A stretch of 64,000 nucleotides of DNA from Asterias rubens (lineage: Eukaryota): assembly GCF_902459465.1 (NCBI RefSeq), contig NC_047066.1, positions 5,766,001 to 5,830,000 of the forward strand. The letters run 5' to 3'. The notes under the pieces are model-generated. The model searched no databases. It saw only the letters and a program-made list of their open reading frames with translations, and had not been told where the DNA came from. The translations under genes were made by a program, and so were the position numbers. How positions within the stretch are numbered: position 1 is the first letter of the stretch; each line of letters opens with the position of its first letter. This document shows, piece by piece, positions 12,120 through 24,312 of this stretch.

Positions 12120-12488
12120 CTATTTGGAGGTGGTGTACTTGGTGACAGCCTTGGTTCCTTCACTGACGGCGTGCTTGGCCAGCTCACCGGGCAGAAGGAG
12201 TCGGACTGCGGTCTGGACTTCACGGCTGGTGATGGTGGACTTCTTGTTGTAGTGGGCCAGGCGGGAAGCCTCGGCGGCAATACGCTCGAAGATGTCGTTG
12301 ACGAAGCTGTTCATGATGCTCATGGCACGGCTGGAGATGCCGGTGTCTGGGTGCACTTGCTTCATCACCTTGTAGATGTAGATTCCATAGCTCTCCTTTC
12401 TCTTTCTGCGTCTCTTCTTGTCGGTACGGGGAGCACCCTTGGCCTTACCGGCCTTCTTCTGTCCCTTTCCACTTGGTTTAGGAGGCAT
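12120..12488 (-). CDS. H2B: Histone H2B, replication-dependent, 122 aa
   Basis: Intronless [43 protein letters not shown]...AVTKYTTSK. The true start is the ATG at 12488; the ORF-track start at 12545 lies upstream of it. Followed by a histone stem-loop. Confidence 0.99.
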   Translation of the reverse strand: MPPKPSGKGQKKAGKAKGAPRTDKKRRRKRKESYGIYIYKVMKQVHPDTGISSRAMSIMNSFVNDIFERIAAEASRLAHYNKKSTITSREVQTAVRLLLPGELAKHAVSEGTKAVTKYTTSK

Positions 12489-12545
12489 GATGATTGTTTG
12501 GTTGTCGATTGAAAATCGGAATGATGAAAACTTGAAGTCTTGCAC

Positions 12546-12851
12546 TATTTATAGTTTGCAATATGCAAATTATTATCCAAAACGGGTTTCACCTCTGCCC
12601 GCCTTAAATGTACCGCTCTAAAAAGACCCGAAATGATTGGCTACGTATTGCACACGGCACTACAGCGCCGAGGTGAAAAGACACGACCATTGGCTACGCG
12701 TTGCACACGGCGTAAAAATTATTGATGTCAGTGCGGACGTCGTACAAATCACTTCTCCAACAGAGACGATGGCGCTTATTTTAAACTGATTTCATTGGTT
12801 GATAGAAAATCCGGTAAAACCACGGTTGGAGCCGTTGGTGAGCCTATAAAA
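12546..12851. promoter_or_regulatory. Divergent H2B/H2A promoter
   Basis: H2B TATAAATA (12546-12553, minus) next to the octamer ATGCAAAT (12563-12570). CCAAT boxes lie within a duplicated motif ATTGGCTACG.TTGCACACGGC (about 12636 and 12688). H2A TATAAAA at 12845-12851. Confidence 0.85.
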
Positions 12852-12926
12852 GCTCTCAAACCGCGGCAAATTTTCAACATTCTGAATTTTTCTTGTTGAA
12901 TTTTAACATCAACAAATCTAACAATC

Positions 12927-13304
12927 ATGTCTGGACGTGGAAAGGGAGGAAAGGCACGCGCCAAGGCAAAGAGCCGATCCGCAAGAGCTGGGCTTCAGTT
13001 CCCCGTGGGCCGTGTCCACCGTTTCCTTCGCAAGGGCAACTATGCCCAGAGAGTCGGAGCTGGTGCCCCGGTCTACTTGGCTGCCGTCATGGAGTACTTG
13101 GCAGCTGAGATCCTCGAGTTGGCCGGTAACGCCGCCCGTGACAACAAGAAGACAAGAATCAACCCCCGTCACTTGCAACTTGCCATCCGCAACGACGAAG
13201 AGTTGAACAAGCTTCTCAGTGGAGTCACCATCGCCCAAGGTGGTGTACTGCCCAACATCCAGGCTGTTCTCCTGCCCAAGAAGACCGCCAAGGCTGCCAA
13301 ATAA
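12927..13304 (+). CDS. H2A: Histone H2A, replication-dependent, 125 aa
   Basis: Intronless canonical [35 protein letters not shown]...[11 protein letters not shown], followed by a stem-loop. Confidence 0.99.
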   Translation: MSGRGKGGKARAKAKSRSARAGLQFPVGRVHRFLRKGNYAQRVGAGAPVYLAAVMEYLAAEILELAGNAARDNKKTRINPRHLQLAIRNDEELNKLLSGVTIAQGGVLPNIQAVLLPKKTAKAAK

Positions 13305-13334
13305 GCGCTGTAACTTCATCTTCAAAAACCAACC

Positions 13335-13350
13335 GGCTCTTTTCAGAGCC
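13335..13350 (+). terminator. Histone 3' stem-loop of H2A with downstream element
   Basis: GGCTCTTTTCAGAGCC followed by ACCACTTATT-CAAAAAAGAGAT. Confidence 0.97.
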
Positions 13351-14017
13351 ACCACTTATTCAAAAAAGAGATACGTTCCTATGCTTGTCGTGTTTATTAT
13401 ACAAATTTAAATAAACTTTTTGGTAGGCCCTAATTCTTATATTATTTATCCCCACTTTTTTTAACAGGATTTTGAACACGAACTAAACTTACAGTTCATC
13501 AATTGAATTTGTTTGTATTCCTGTGTAGTAGGACTAGGCCTTTGATGATGTTGTACATACACTGTATGGGATATGCAGTCTAAAACATTCAGTACACGAC
13601 AAAATTCAACATTTTGCTTATCGCCAGTAGTAGATCACATCACCATGATATTATAGACTAATGTTGTCTAGAACCCATTGCAATTGTTGAAAGATTTGGC
13701 TATAGGCTACTTGACACGCAAGATCGGGCTTTTCGTTATGCATCATGTCTTGAACACAAACGAGCAACCTTGGTTCTGTACAGCCCGGTCCAATTAAGTG
13801 CTAATTAGTGCTCAGCCCGACTCGCCTGTATTAAAGGCCAGCAGTCCACTATACCTGGCACACTCATTAGCTACCACCATCCTGAAATCAATAAACCTAA
13901 CCAGCTGCAGAGTGACCACAGCAACAGTTCTGGTTGATGGACCCATTTTTAATATTTTCATGGTGGTGGTCTTGGTTTTTTTTATCGATATGTTGCATGC
14001 AGGGTTGAGCATCATTC

Positions 14018-14196
14018 TAGACTTGTGGACAAGTCGTTAAATCGGCCCCACGCGCTAAGATAGTGCTCTCGCGCGAACTGATGGCTCCCCGATTTCGAAA
14101 TCGGGGAGCCATCAGTTCGCGCGAGAGCTAGCAGTGATCTCGCGAGAGCACTATCTTAGCGCGTAGGGCCGATTTAACGACTTGTCCACAAGTCTA
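14018..14196. mobile_element. Small palindromic TAG..CTA element with imperfect 9-bp TSD
   Basis: Arms TAGACTTGTGGACAAGTCG... and ...CGACTTGTCCACAAGTCTA. Flanks GCATCATTC (14009-14017) and GCATCATCC (14197-14205). Loop-less 64-bp internal palindrome 14065-14128. Confidence 0.8.
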
Positions 14197-14425
14197 GCAT
14201 CATCCCTGTGTGTGTAGGGGGTTATGCATCATCCCTGTGTAGTAGGCCTATAGCAGGCCCCGCATGCAGAACCGACCGTAACCTCACAGCTGAAACCTAA
14301 CAGAACGCACATTGAATAACATTATTATAGATACTCGTGCATTATCGGCTTTTTGTCAATATTTTGTTATAAAAACACCATCGGCAACTTTTAAAAACGT
14401 CTTAACTTTTTCTTGTCGAACGCAA

Positions 14426-15238
14426 AGACACTGGACACTATTTGTAATTGTTAAACACCCATGTCTTCTCGCTTGGTGCATCTCAACATAATTATGCATA
14501 AAATAACAAACCTGTGAAAATTGGAGCTCAATCGGTCATCGAGAGTTGCGAGATAATAATGAAAGAAAAAACAACATTGTCACACGAAGTTGTGTGCTTT
14601 CAGATGCTTGATTTCGAGACCTCAAGTTCTAAATCCGAGGTCTCGAAATCAAATTCGTGGAAAATTACTTCTTTCTCGAAAACTATGTCACTTCAGAGGG
14701 AGCCGTTTCGCTGATAATTATTTTGAGTAATTACCAATAGTGTCCACTGACAACTGCACGTTCACTCCTCCATGTTTATGCCAAGGATGCGTTCGTCATT
14801 ATTTGTTGGAGTAATTAGGTCCCTACCTTTAATTAAGTATAATAAAAGATATCATTCAATCTATTTCATGGTCACTATATTGAATGAGAAGGTATAGGAA
14901 CTGTTAAAGACTAGTCTTCACACCTGGTGTATCTCAACATATGCATAATAAAACAAACCTGTGAAAATTTGGCTCAATCGGTCGTCGAAGTTGCGCGATA
15001 ATAATGGGGAAAAAACACCCTTGTCACACGAAGTTGTGTGCTTTCTGATGCTTGATTTCGAGACCTCAAATTCTAAACTTGAGGTCTCGAAATCAAATTC
15101 GTGGAAAATTACTTCTTTCTCGAAAACTACAGTACTTCAGAGGGAGCCGTTTCTCACAATGTTTTATACCATCAACCCCTCCCCGATACTCTTTACCAAG
15201 TAAGGTTTTATGCTAATTACCAATAGTGTCCACTGCCT
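14426..15238. mobile_element. Two family A MITE copies (about 14426-14749 and 14905-15238)
   Basis: Shared core CACGAAGTTGTGTGCTTTC...GAGGTCTCGAAATCAAATTCGTGGAAAATTACTTC and CCAATAGTGTCCACTG ends. Confidence 0.85.
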
Positions 15239-16805
15239 TTAAAAATGTCAGCGAATGTTCATTTTTTCTGTACTATGATTATAATAATGCACAACATTAT
15301 TTCCTCATTGTTTATTGTTTAGTCCTATTTACGTTATTATTTTTCCCGGGCCAATTGGACCTTGGACCAACCATGCAGGCTGTCGGTTCATAATCGATTT
15401 ATCAAGAATCATAAAAACAGATGATCTAGATCGCACGGTATTACCATCAATGGTTTTATTGATTCGTCATATAAAATTTACAACAATGGGCATGTTGCGT
15501 GAACAATCCACATCAGAGTATATAACATTATATTTGTGTGATGGATTCCTCGCTAATATTAATAATGTAAAACCACGGAGAGGTAGAAATATACCCACCC
15601 AAAGGATGGAATTCGTGTCTTAGGGGAAAAAGGCACATGCATGTCGGAAGTAAATATACATGTATTTTTTTCCCTTCGGGCACTGGGGAGGATGTGGACT
15701 GTCGATGTTGTCACGGGTTTTGAGGGCTCAGCCACACCGCCTTAATCCCATCCTCCTCGTCAGACACATGAACACAATAATATCACTGACTTAAAATTGC
15801 AGTGATTCAATCGGGTCAACCTTACAATGCACCTGAGAAAATGTTTAAGCCGTCCATCTCGCGATATTCGATAAACCGTGTGTATAGGCCTACCAATACA
15901 AAGAGGATGATGAAAAGTAAAATTTTGGAGAGTTCATTTATTTTTTGTAAATCATGAAATAAACAAGTCAACTATTGAGCAATTCAAATCGAACTTCTCC
16001 TTATGGATAAGGGCATGGATATGCCGAGATGGCGAGGATTTGGAGATTTTTAGACCCAGCCTCGAGTCCATTCCCCATCTTCCTGGACCGCGCATGCATG
16101 CAGACGGGAATCGAACCCTCGCAGTATTGACCAGTGCCAAATACCTGCCCGTTAGAGCTCAACTAATGCATTGTTGTGTTTTTACCAAACACTCTGCACA
16201 CACTGAATATGTGTTATTGTTATAATCACTGTAATGAATGTATGTTTATGGCCATTATTTGCCATGTCATGCAGAAAATAATGGGACTCAAAAGACTTAA
16301 TCCTCCGAACACCTTTTGGACTTAATTCTGCAATTTTAAATTGCCAATGAGGCGCTATACTGGACGTTGCCATGGTTGCGTTTGATACAAACAATACTGT
16401 CAACTGAAGCATGGCGATGCTAATTTGTGAGCTCTGACGGCATTGTGGTGGGAACTCACGCTTGAAATTCACAAATTGCTTCTTCGACAGAGGCAAAGAC
16501 ACGCAGTGCAAAAATGAAGGAAGTGAACATCAAGGTGTAATAATGGATATTCACATACCGTCTGCTGTTTTTTCCACACTAGACTGATGAACATTCCGTA
16601 AACATTTTTTTTCACAAATCAGAATCGGAATCCACCTGAGGGGATTGTTGGATGTAAAATATTAAAAAAAATACATGTTTTTCGAAAAAAATAAATCAGA
16701 AACTGTAATGTCATGTTCGGACATGTTATTCAGAAACGAGTTCGGAGGTAGGCTTCTTCTTTGTTGTGCCGTAAATGCTGGGAGTGTTCTCTGTCAGACA
16801 GGGTA

Positions 16806-17144
16806 CACTCTAAAAACTAAAGAGTTGAATCCAACACTTGCATGAGTTCGGTGAGTGACTATACACTTTGAAAGTGTTGAATCCAGCATATGTTAAATCC
16901 AGCATTTTAAACTATTTAGTCAACAATTTAAGTTCCAGTTTAACGTTTAAAAAGATGGTCCAACAATTCCAATGAATATTTTTGAGAAATTTTGAAATAA
17001 CACTTAAATTGTTGAATTGGCCCTCCCTTTTTACGTTTAATCAAAAAGTTAAAATGCTAGATTTAACAAACAAAACGCTGGATCAAACACTTTCAAAGTG
17101 TCACTCACCGAACTCATGCAAGTGTTGGATTCAACTCTTTGGTT
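16806..17144. mobile_element. Palindromic MITE with CACTCTAAAAA terminus (EnSpm/CACTA-like)
   Basis: About 90-bp inverted arms AAAGAGTTGAATCCAACACTTGCATGAGTTCGGTGAGTGAC and its reverse complement. The right terminus is replaced by a family A MITE. Confidence 0.7.
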
Positions 17145-17490
17145 TAAGGCACTGTTCTCACCTTTGGTAATTGTCAAAGACCTGAGTATTCTCACTTGGT
17201 GTTATCCCAACAAACCTGTGAAAATTTTGTCTCAAATGGTCATCAAAGTTGCAAGAGAAAAATAAAATAAAGAAAAACACCATTGCCGTATACAAATTGT
17301 TGTACTTTCAGATGCCTATATAAAAAGAGATTGGCCGAATTAGTCTCAATTTTGAGTGAGAAAATACACCTTTCTCAAAAACTATACTATATTTTGCACA
17401 ATGTTTTTATCAGGGAGCTCTCCATTGCTCGTTACCAATTAAGGTTTTATGCTATAACAATTATTTTGAGTAATTACCAAGTGTCAAGAT
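17145..17490. mobile_element. Diverged family A MITE copy
   Basis: Degenerate TIRs and core, abutting the right end of the 16806 palindromic element. Confidence 0.7.
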
Positions 17491-18380
17491 GCCTTGAATG
17501 TATATACGAGTCGGTAAAGGTTATACAATTATCATTTCTTTTCAATACAGTCATGAGTTGGACAGCTTTCAAATATGACAGCTGTCGAGTTTCCTTGTAA
17601 TTTATTTCCGTGTAAGTGACGGTTTTGATGGACTAAAACCACTTACTGTAAATCATCGTTTTCTGAAACTCACCTAGACTTCTTAAATTTAAACAAGCCG
17701 CAAAAAGCTTTGATTTGCGACTCAAAAGTTGCTATCTAAAAAGTTAATAAAATAATAAGTTTGTGCAACAGGCCCTCTGATTATAATTATGCGCTGCCAT
17801 GGGCGGTCAGCCTTTAGCAGATGACCAGGAAATACGATTACCTTTTATAGTTGTGGCACATTGAAATTAGCAGATACTCTTCAATTGATCTTATAAATGT
17901 GATTTATAAATGCATGAAATTCACTCACGGGTAACAACAAGCAATGTGTCTTCGAGAAGTGCGTGAGTGTACCTTTAAAATTGTGCCACATTATAAACGA
18001 ACATTACTTTTCGATTGATCTTATAAATGCATGAAATCCATTTAATGGGAACGAGAAAATCTTCAAGAAGTGCGCGTTTGAAACCTTAAAAGTTGTTTTT
18101 TTGTTCATGAAATTCACGAGACAGGCCTATTAGCAGTGTACCTTTTGGCAAAATAGATGCACATTTCTTTTTGACGCATGTAATTCATAATACAACATGG
18201 ATTGTTGGTCTTCGAGAAGCGCTCGTGTGTGTAGCCGAGCTTGAGCTTGACTCTTCATTTCAGACGATATAGACAACCTCATCCCCGCATCACCGTGCGC
18301 GGTTGCACTATGCTCCTTCCTTGACCACCGGTCACCCCTTGAAAGTACGATAAAAAGGTATCGTTGTACAGTTTAATCCG

Positions 18381-18394
18381 GTATCCATGGCAAC
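18381..18394 (+). promoter_or_regulatory. RFX X-box motif
   Basis: GTATCCATGGCAAC matches the consensus GTHNYYATRRNAAC exactly, in a CpG-rich stretch with an E-box CACGTG at about 18451. Confidence 0.45.
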
Positions 18395-18931
18395 ACTCTC
18401 GCGAGTGCAAAAGAGAGAATTATCCAATAGCTGTGTGATTATACGGACCACACGTGAGGGGGAGCATCAATTTATCTGTCTTTGTTAGAACAATAAGCGT
18501 TAGTTTGAGCGAAAAGGAAAAAAAAAAGATTCGTCAAGGTGAATTATTGTTTTGTCATTAATGAAAGGCTGTTGTTCTGTTGCCCTTCAACTCTATTAAC
18601 GTTCCCGCGGGAGCAGTGAGTGACAGGGTCACAGTGTGTGGTTGAATAACGTGTTTTTTTCTTCAGTTTAGAAAAGGCATATTCTCGAATTACCTCCACT
18701 GAAGAAACGGCACAATACCTCATCAGGCCTGCATGTGACGCGTGAAAAATGTTGTATTATGCAGCAAAAAATTCATGTTGATATGAATTTTTGTGATGTT
18801 CGGCTTGTGGATTTTATTTTTACAAATTCGTCATTGGATGTATGTTATAGCCAACATTCGCGTCTCTGTTTTTAGTTTTTAAACAAGAAAAACAACTTAA
18901 AATGGCCTTTTTACTACAAAAACAAATCTTT

Positions 18932-19205
18932 AAAGACACTGGACACTATTGGTAATTGTTAAAGCACAGTTGGTGTATCTCAGACTATACATAAAAACAA
19001 CAAACCTGTGAAAATTTGAGCTCAATCGGTCGTCGAAGTTGCGAGATAATAGTGAAAGAAAAAACACCCTTGTCCAACACGAAGTTGTGTGCTTTCAGAT
19101 TCATGATTTCGAGACCACAAATTCTAAATGAGGTCTCGAAATCAAATTTGTGGAAAATTATTTCTTTCTCAAAAACTACGTCACTTCAGAGGGAGCCGTG
19201 TCTTA
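18932..19205. mobile_element. 3'-truncated family A MITE copy
   Basis: TTAAAGACACTGGACACTATTGGTAATTG start and conserved core; right TIR absent. Confidence 0.8.
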
Positions 19206-20024
19206 CAATTCAGTGAATTGGTTAAACGAACAGATTGGGGAAGACTATTCCAGCATTTTGGCTCATCAGTTGCAGAAAAAGCTTTAGGCCTAAAAATTAT
19301 GACCCTATATTTGTACGTGATCGGGTGCATTCACAACAACTGAAGTGGATCTTAAATTGTACAAAGACTGGCAGGTGTGGAGAAGGTTGCAAAGATAACT
19401 GCAACGAACTTTGATGAAAGGTACGACTCAGGAAGTCATTATAATAGACTGTCGGACACGGCCTTTTAAGTCCTTGATGGACATTATACATCAGCTAATG
19501 TTCACTGGCTGACATTAACCTACGAATACAGACGCCTAAACTAAACCGTCAATCTTAAAATTATGACCAACTTATTTTTAACGAATACTGAAAACTGATT
19601 GGTTGTATGCTGTTTTAATTGAAGGCTGAAATAAAGGAGTATGAATAAATTTTATTAGGAAACGACTCAGTTTGAGGTGAGGTTTGCCGAAGCACCATGT
19701 GTAAATCGCTTAAATTTAATTATTTATACTCGTCGAAAAAAAATTGATGCATCGCTTTTTCTTCTTACAAAATACTTTGTTTAATAATTATATATAAGGC
19801 CGACAAGGAAGTTTACCGACGTCTAAACACGGCCATGTGACACCGTTGAAGTCATCATTCGTCGTCCATTAACCAACAAAATAATAAAATATTAATATTT
19901 CCTCCATGAAATATGAATCCCCTCAGTTGGAGAGAGACGAAATGAAGATGTTTCCGTGTCATCCATTTACGGAAGAGATAATGTGTCGAACGGTAAACAG
20001 GCAAGGAGTGACAGGTGTTCACGC

Positions 20025-20880
20025 AAACACCCCTATAACTATAGCGGCAAGTGACACTGTATGTGTAAAGTGACGCTTGAATCGTGGTGATGAGTTGCTT
20101 TTACTAATTTAACAAAATCATTACACGTTCACTCGTGTAAATCTCAAATTGTAACAATTTTGTAATCATTTTTCGCGTACTAATCATTTCAGATGTAGAC
20201 TCGCTCATTACTTGAAAATTCACTTCAAAAACACCCCACTAATCAGCGGCATTTGAACCACTCACGCTGTTGACAGTGACGCTTAATCGTTTTGAGTATC
20301 TTTGCTTTTACCAAAACAAAAACCATACACTTTCACAATTATTTTGCAAATCATGAAGGATAGACACACTCATTTCTTGAAAATTCACTTAAACACGTAC
20401 CCCCAATGACTAGCGACAAAAACACTAACTGTGTAAAGTGACGCTTGGGTCGTATATCAAGGACAGAACTGAGAAATCTCCCGAATAATCCGAAAAATCT
20501 ACTCCGCGGTAAAGGCAGTTTTAGAAGAACAACTCTACCTGGCAAATAATTTATGGTGTACCGCACAAAAATACACACTCACTCAAATACATCTTTAAAA
20601 TTGTAATAAACAAATGGAAATTTTTCGCGTACAGGCCTACAATATTAATCATCGAGCAAATAATGAAGGATTCATATTTTTACTTGTGGAAATTCACTTA
20701 AACACCCCCAACATCAACCAGCGGCAAAAACACCAATAGGCCTAGTGACGCTTGAATGTGAGTGGGATCGTTGCTACAGCAGACAGCTTTTACCAAAACA
20801 AAAAAATGCACTTCCACTCAAATTCATCTCACATTTTACAATTTGAACAAATTGTTCGAGTACAATAATCAGTGAGCAAA
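20025..20880. repeat. Degenerate tandem array, about 4 units of 170-310 bp
   Basis: Recurring AAATTCACTT.AAACACCCC...AGCG.CAA...AGTGACGCTT...TTTTACCAAAACAAAAA. Confidence 0.7.
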
Positions 20881-21619
20881 ATATTGAAAGCTTTAGATTT
20901 TGACTTACTCATTAGTTGAACATTCAGTCTCGTTATCTCCGTATAATAAGAGTTCCTTTTTTCCGGAGGACGGTAATCTTAGGAAAGATGAAATCTCAAT
21001 CATGTTCGTTGATGAGAGCATTACGCCAGAGAGTGGCAGCATACAGCACGCTGATGTCTCTCTGCATCTCATCTCACGTCTGTGTAGGCCTACGATCCAG
21101 CTGCGTACGGGCTGCAAGAAGCGCGTACACCGTGTGTCAATGAAAAGTGGACTCGGCTACCCAAACAGCATGCAATTCAAGCGTACAAAACCGGGTTTAA
21201 TTTGTAAAATCGATTTTCTCTCTTCTATAATTTTGTGTCCAAAGAGATAGACAAAGGTCGTCATTTAGAATGCTACGTTAGAGCAGTGTCCACATCACTG
21301 AGTACATGCCCTTGTAAGTTTTCTACGAAACGAATTAACGTACATCATGCATAATGGTTTGTTTTTAATTGATCTGAAATTGAATGCTATTTTGGTTTGC
21401 ATCACCGATGAAGTTCTGCTGTCTATGAAGTATTTGCGCGCGTGTTTCGTAGAGAGCACTTTATTCGGGAACAAACGGGAAAATAATGCATGAGTGCAAA
21501 TTTTCTTGTAAATAAATTAATCAGATGACTGCATTAATAATTACTTCATTACTAGTTTGATAGAGTCGTCCGTGTAAACGCGCTCACTGCTAGCTTGGAA
21601 TGACTGAAGATCAGATCAG

Positions 21620-21820
21620 GGCCCAATTTCATGGCTCTGGCTCTGCTTACCACCGAATTCTGCGCTTACGATCACGATTCCCCGCTTACATGAAGTACGC
21701 ACGCGCAGAAGCAAAAATTCGCCGCTAACCCGTGAAATACGCTTGCCGTAAGCACAGAATTCCCTGCTTCCGTAAGCGCCGATTCTGTGCTTACGGTTAG
21801 CAGAGCCATGAAATTGGGCC
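21620..21820. mobile_element. Harbinger-like MITE with CWG TSD
   Basis: CAG|GGCCCAATTTCATGG ... CCATGAAATTGGGCC|CAG. Related GGCCCAATTTCAT-type copies at about 5021-5238, 26378-26568 (CTG TSD), 30891-31072 (CAG TSD), 44243-44429, 50065-50250, 60497-60735 (CTG TSD) and 61421-61606. Confidence 0.85.
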
Positions 21821-23229
21821 CAGGAGAGGTTTCGTTGATGTTCTCGAATTAGTCGTTATAAAAGGGCAGTAGTAGGCGATGACAACGGGTGTGCGCGCGC
21901 CACAACAAGCTCCCAAACCGTACCACTTTATATCATACAACCCACAAATATTTTTACCTTTCAGCTTAAAAACAAACGAATTTCCTTTTTACAACTAAAC
22001 TTCAGATTCCCCTTTAAATTTTGTGGTAGGTCAGTGTATGAGCTGTTTGAAATGAATTTTCCTGGTATGTCAGACTGCCGCCCCAGAAAATGCGATCAAC
22101 GATTCCAGTTTCACGGAGCATTCGTGCACTCCCGGCCGTCGGCTTTCTCATCCACTAGTAACTTTGAAACTAAATTATTTTTCATCAATTTTTCTCCTCG
22201 CCTAAAAAATTCAAGTGGTACATAACCCCCACGTGGTGATTGCACGACCCCGAACAATAATAGAATCAGTCAAGAAAGGTGACAAATTATCACTAAAAAT
22301 AATCATAAACAGTGCACTTTGTTTAGAGTGCATGTTGCGCCCACCTTTTGGATGGAGCTCGGAGGGGTCGGGCATTCTGTCCCCTATAAAAATTGAAATC
22401 AACAGCAATAATTGTTATGCCCTCCCGACTGTGTCTTAACTTCTTCACCACTAGTCTCTCTGTTGAACCATTTTCCCATTTGAATAAGTTCCCGCTTATG
22501 GGGGGGGGGGGCACACTCGGGGCCTTATTATTCTTATTGGAGACTGCATGGTAGGCTAATTAAACCATGTTGTTTTGTCAAAAGAAAGAATGATAAGGGC
22601 GTTCTATCCATGTCGATTCTGTATACCTAAAAAAAATTGGAAATTGGAAATGATGGGCTTGTGATAGGATAGGGAGCTTGATTCAAAAGATGGCGCTACT
22701 ATCATCATAACTTGTACACATTCGCCGTGGTAGCTCCTATACGTACATACCACCGTGGTAGCTCCTATAGCTAGCTCCGGTCAATCATAGTCCATAGAGA
22801 GTTAGAGTGGTCGCTTGCTGAGGAGGAACGAGAATTAGACATAAAATTTAAGTGATGCCTTACCACAGTTTGCACGAATGAAGTCGAGCGGGCACAACTA
22901 TTTTTTTTTGAGAATTAACGGCCTATGATTCGAAATGTTTGATATGTCAAGAGTTAAACTATTATTCTATGCAAGTCTCGCACGTTCGAACATTGTGGAT
23001 CCGTCGTGCACGACTGTTTTTTCCTTCATGCGTGAGTCCTCCCAAAACATGTTTGAATACTGATGGGAATTCCGCGGTCTTGTGGCAAATTTCCGAGGAC
23101 GGCCCGGTACTATTCAACTCCCACGTCATTCTCGCCGTAATACTTTTTTGGAACTCCTTGGTCAAATATACTGGTAAGAAAAGCTACAACGTAACATCGA
23201 CAAAAGCAAAACATTGGTATAATGACGCC

Positions 23230-23565
23230 TGGAGACATCGGACACCTTTGGTAATAATGTTCTCACTTGGCGTATCTCATATTATGCACAAAATAGCAGG
23301 CCTTTGACAATTTGAACTTATTGGTCGTCGAAGTTGCGAGAAAGAAAAAACACCATTGTCACATGGTCCCACGAAGTTGTGTGCTTTTAGATGCTAATTG
23401 ATTTTGAGACCTCAAAGTATAATTATTTTGACGTCTTCAATCAAATTCAAGTATTTTAATTGAACTTCTTTCTCGAAAACAACGTTACTTCAGAGGGGGC
23501 GTTTCTCACAATGTTTTATACTATCAACAGCTCTCCATTGCTCGTTAACAAGTAGGTTGTTATGC
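23230..23565. mobile_element. Diverged family A MITE copy
   Basis: Core CACGAAGTTGTGTGCTTTTAGATGC...TTCTCGAAAAC and degenerate CCAGTGCCTTTA end. Confidence 0.7.
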
Positions 23566-23901
23566 TAAAAGTTATCTTCGAAGTAATCACAGTATCCAGT
23601 GCCTTTAGCATATTATTATAAGCATAAAAAGCAGATAAGCACAACAATGTGCCAACCAAACCATGTATATGTAATCCTTCTCGTTTTTTCTTAGCAGACA
23701 ATATTCTTAAGCAATATTTCCTGCTCAAGTAGCTCTTTGAAATATTTTGACCCAGCCCAGGCCACGCCCTTGCGTTGACCTCCTTGGGTGAACATGGTGT
23801 GAGTGACGTGAGCGAAATGCACTTTGATCATCAGCAGTATCACACACCATACACAAAAAAGCACGTCAGACTGAAATTAAACGATGTTTGAAAGAATGCA
23901 A

Positions 23902-23980
23902 TATAGACTTCAACAACAACAACAACAACAACATCACGCCAACAACAGCAACGGCCACAACAACAACAACAACAACAACA
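23902..23980. repeat. Interrupted (CAA)n microsatellite
   Basis: Two CAA runs separated by degenerate triplets, next to the 23985 element. Confidence 0.9.
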
Positions 23981-23984
23981 GCAC

Positions 23985-24312
23985 TATAATAGATGTTAAA
24001 TTTGCATCGGGGATAAAGCATATTAATTTCTGTTTTTTTTACCCATACACCGATGTGTGTTAGCACTGTATATACTCAGTACTTTCCCGAGTGCTGTGAA
24101 CAAATATCACACAGGCAATGTTACTCGGGTGGGATTCGAACCACAACCCTTGTAATTCTAGAGCAGTGTCTTACCAACTAGACTACCGAGGTTATCCAGT
24201 AGTTATAGGCAGTTCGAATCCTATGTTTTGGCAGCCGGGTACCGCAACGATATAATATATGTTAAATTTGCATCGGGGATAAAGAATATTAATTTTTTGT
24301 TTTTTTTACCCC
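23985..24312 (-). mobile_element. Second direct-repeat-flanked tRNA-derived repeat copy
   Basis: Reverse complement of 43589-43936 with the same terminal duplication. More diverged copy at about 45597-45878; fragments at about 25588-25680 and 36105-36150. Confidence 0.85.

Noticed and set aside
12069-13355. Antisense ORFs 12069-12512 (+) and 12918-13355 (-)
   Set aside because: Shadow frames of the histone genes caused by codon bias.
15623-15765. Long-range stem GGGGAGGATG/CATCCTCCTC with CCTCCTCG (HDV-like loop) and minus-strand CTGACGA
   Set aside because: Neither the HDV pseudoknot pairings nor a hammerhead GAAA could be completed, and no known ncRNA was recognised.
19361-19384. Plus-strand TKTGRCGE resembling the NGLY1 catalytic motif TRxGRCGEW
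   Set aside because: Wrong strand relative to the PAW exon, lacks the invariant W, stops soon after and has no clear splice sites; probably chance.
20900-23307. Several 65-120-aa ORFs between 20.9 and 23.3 kb
   Set aside because: No recognisable domain, no consistent splice chain, and overlapping frames on both strands.
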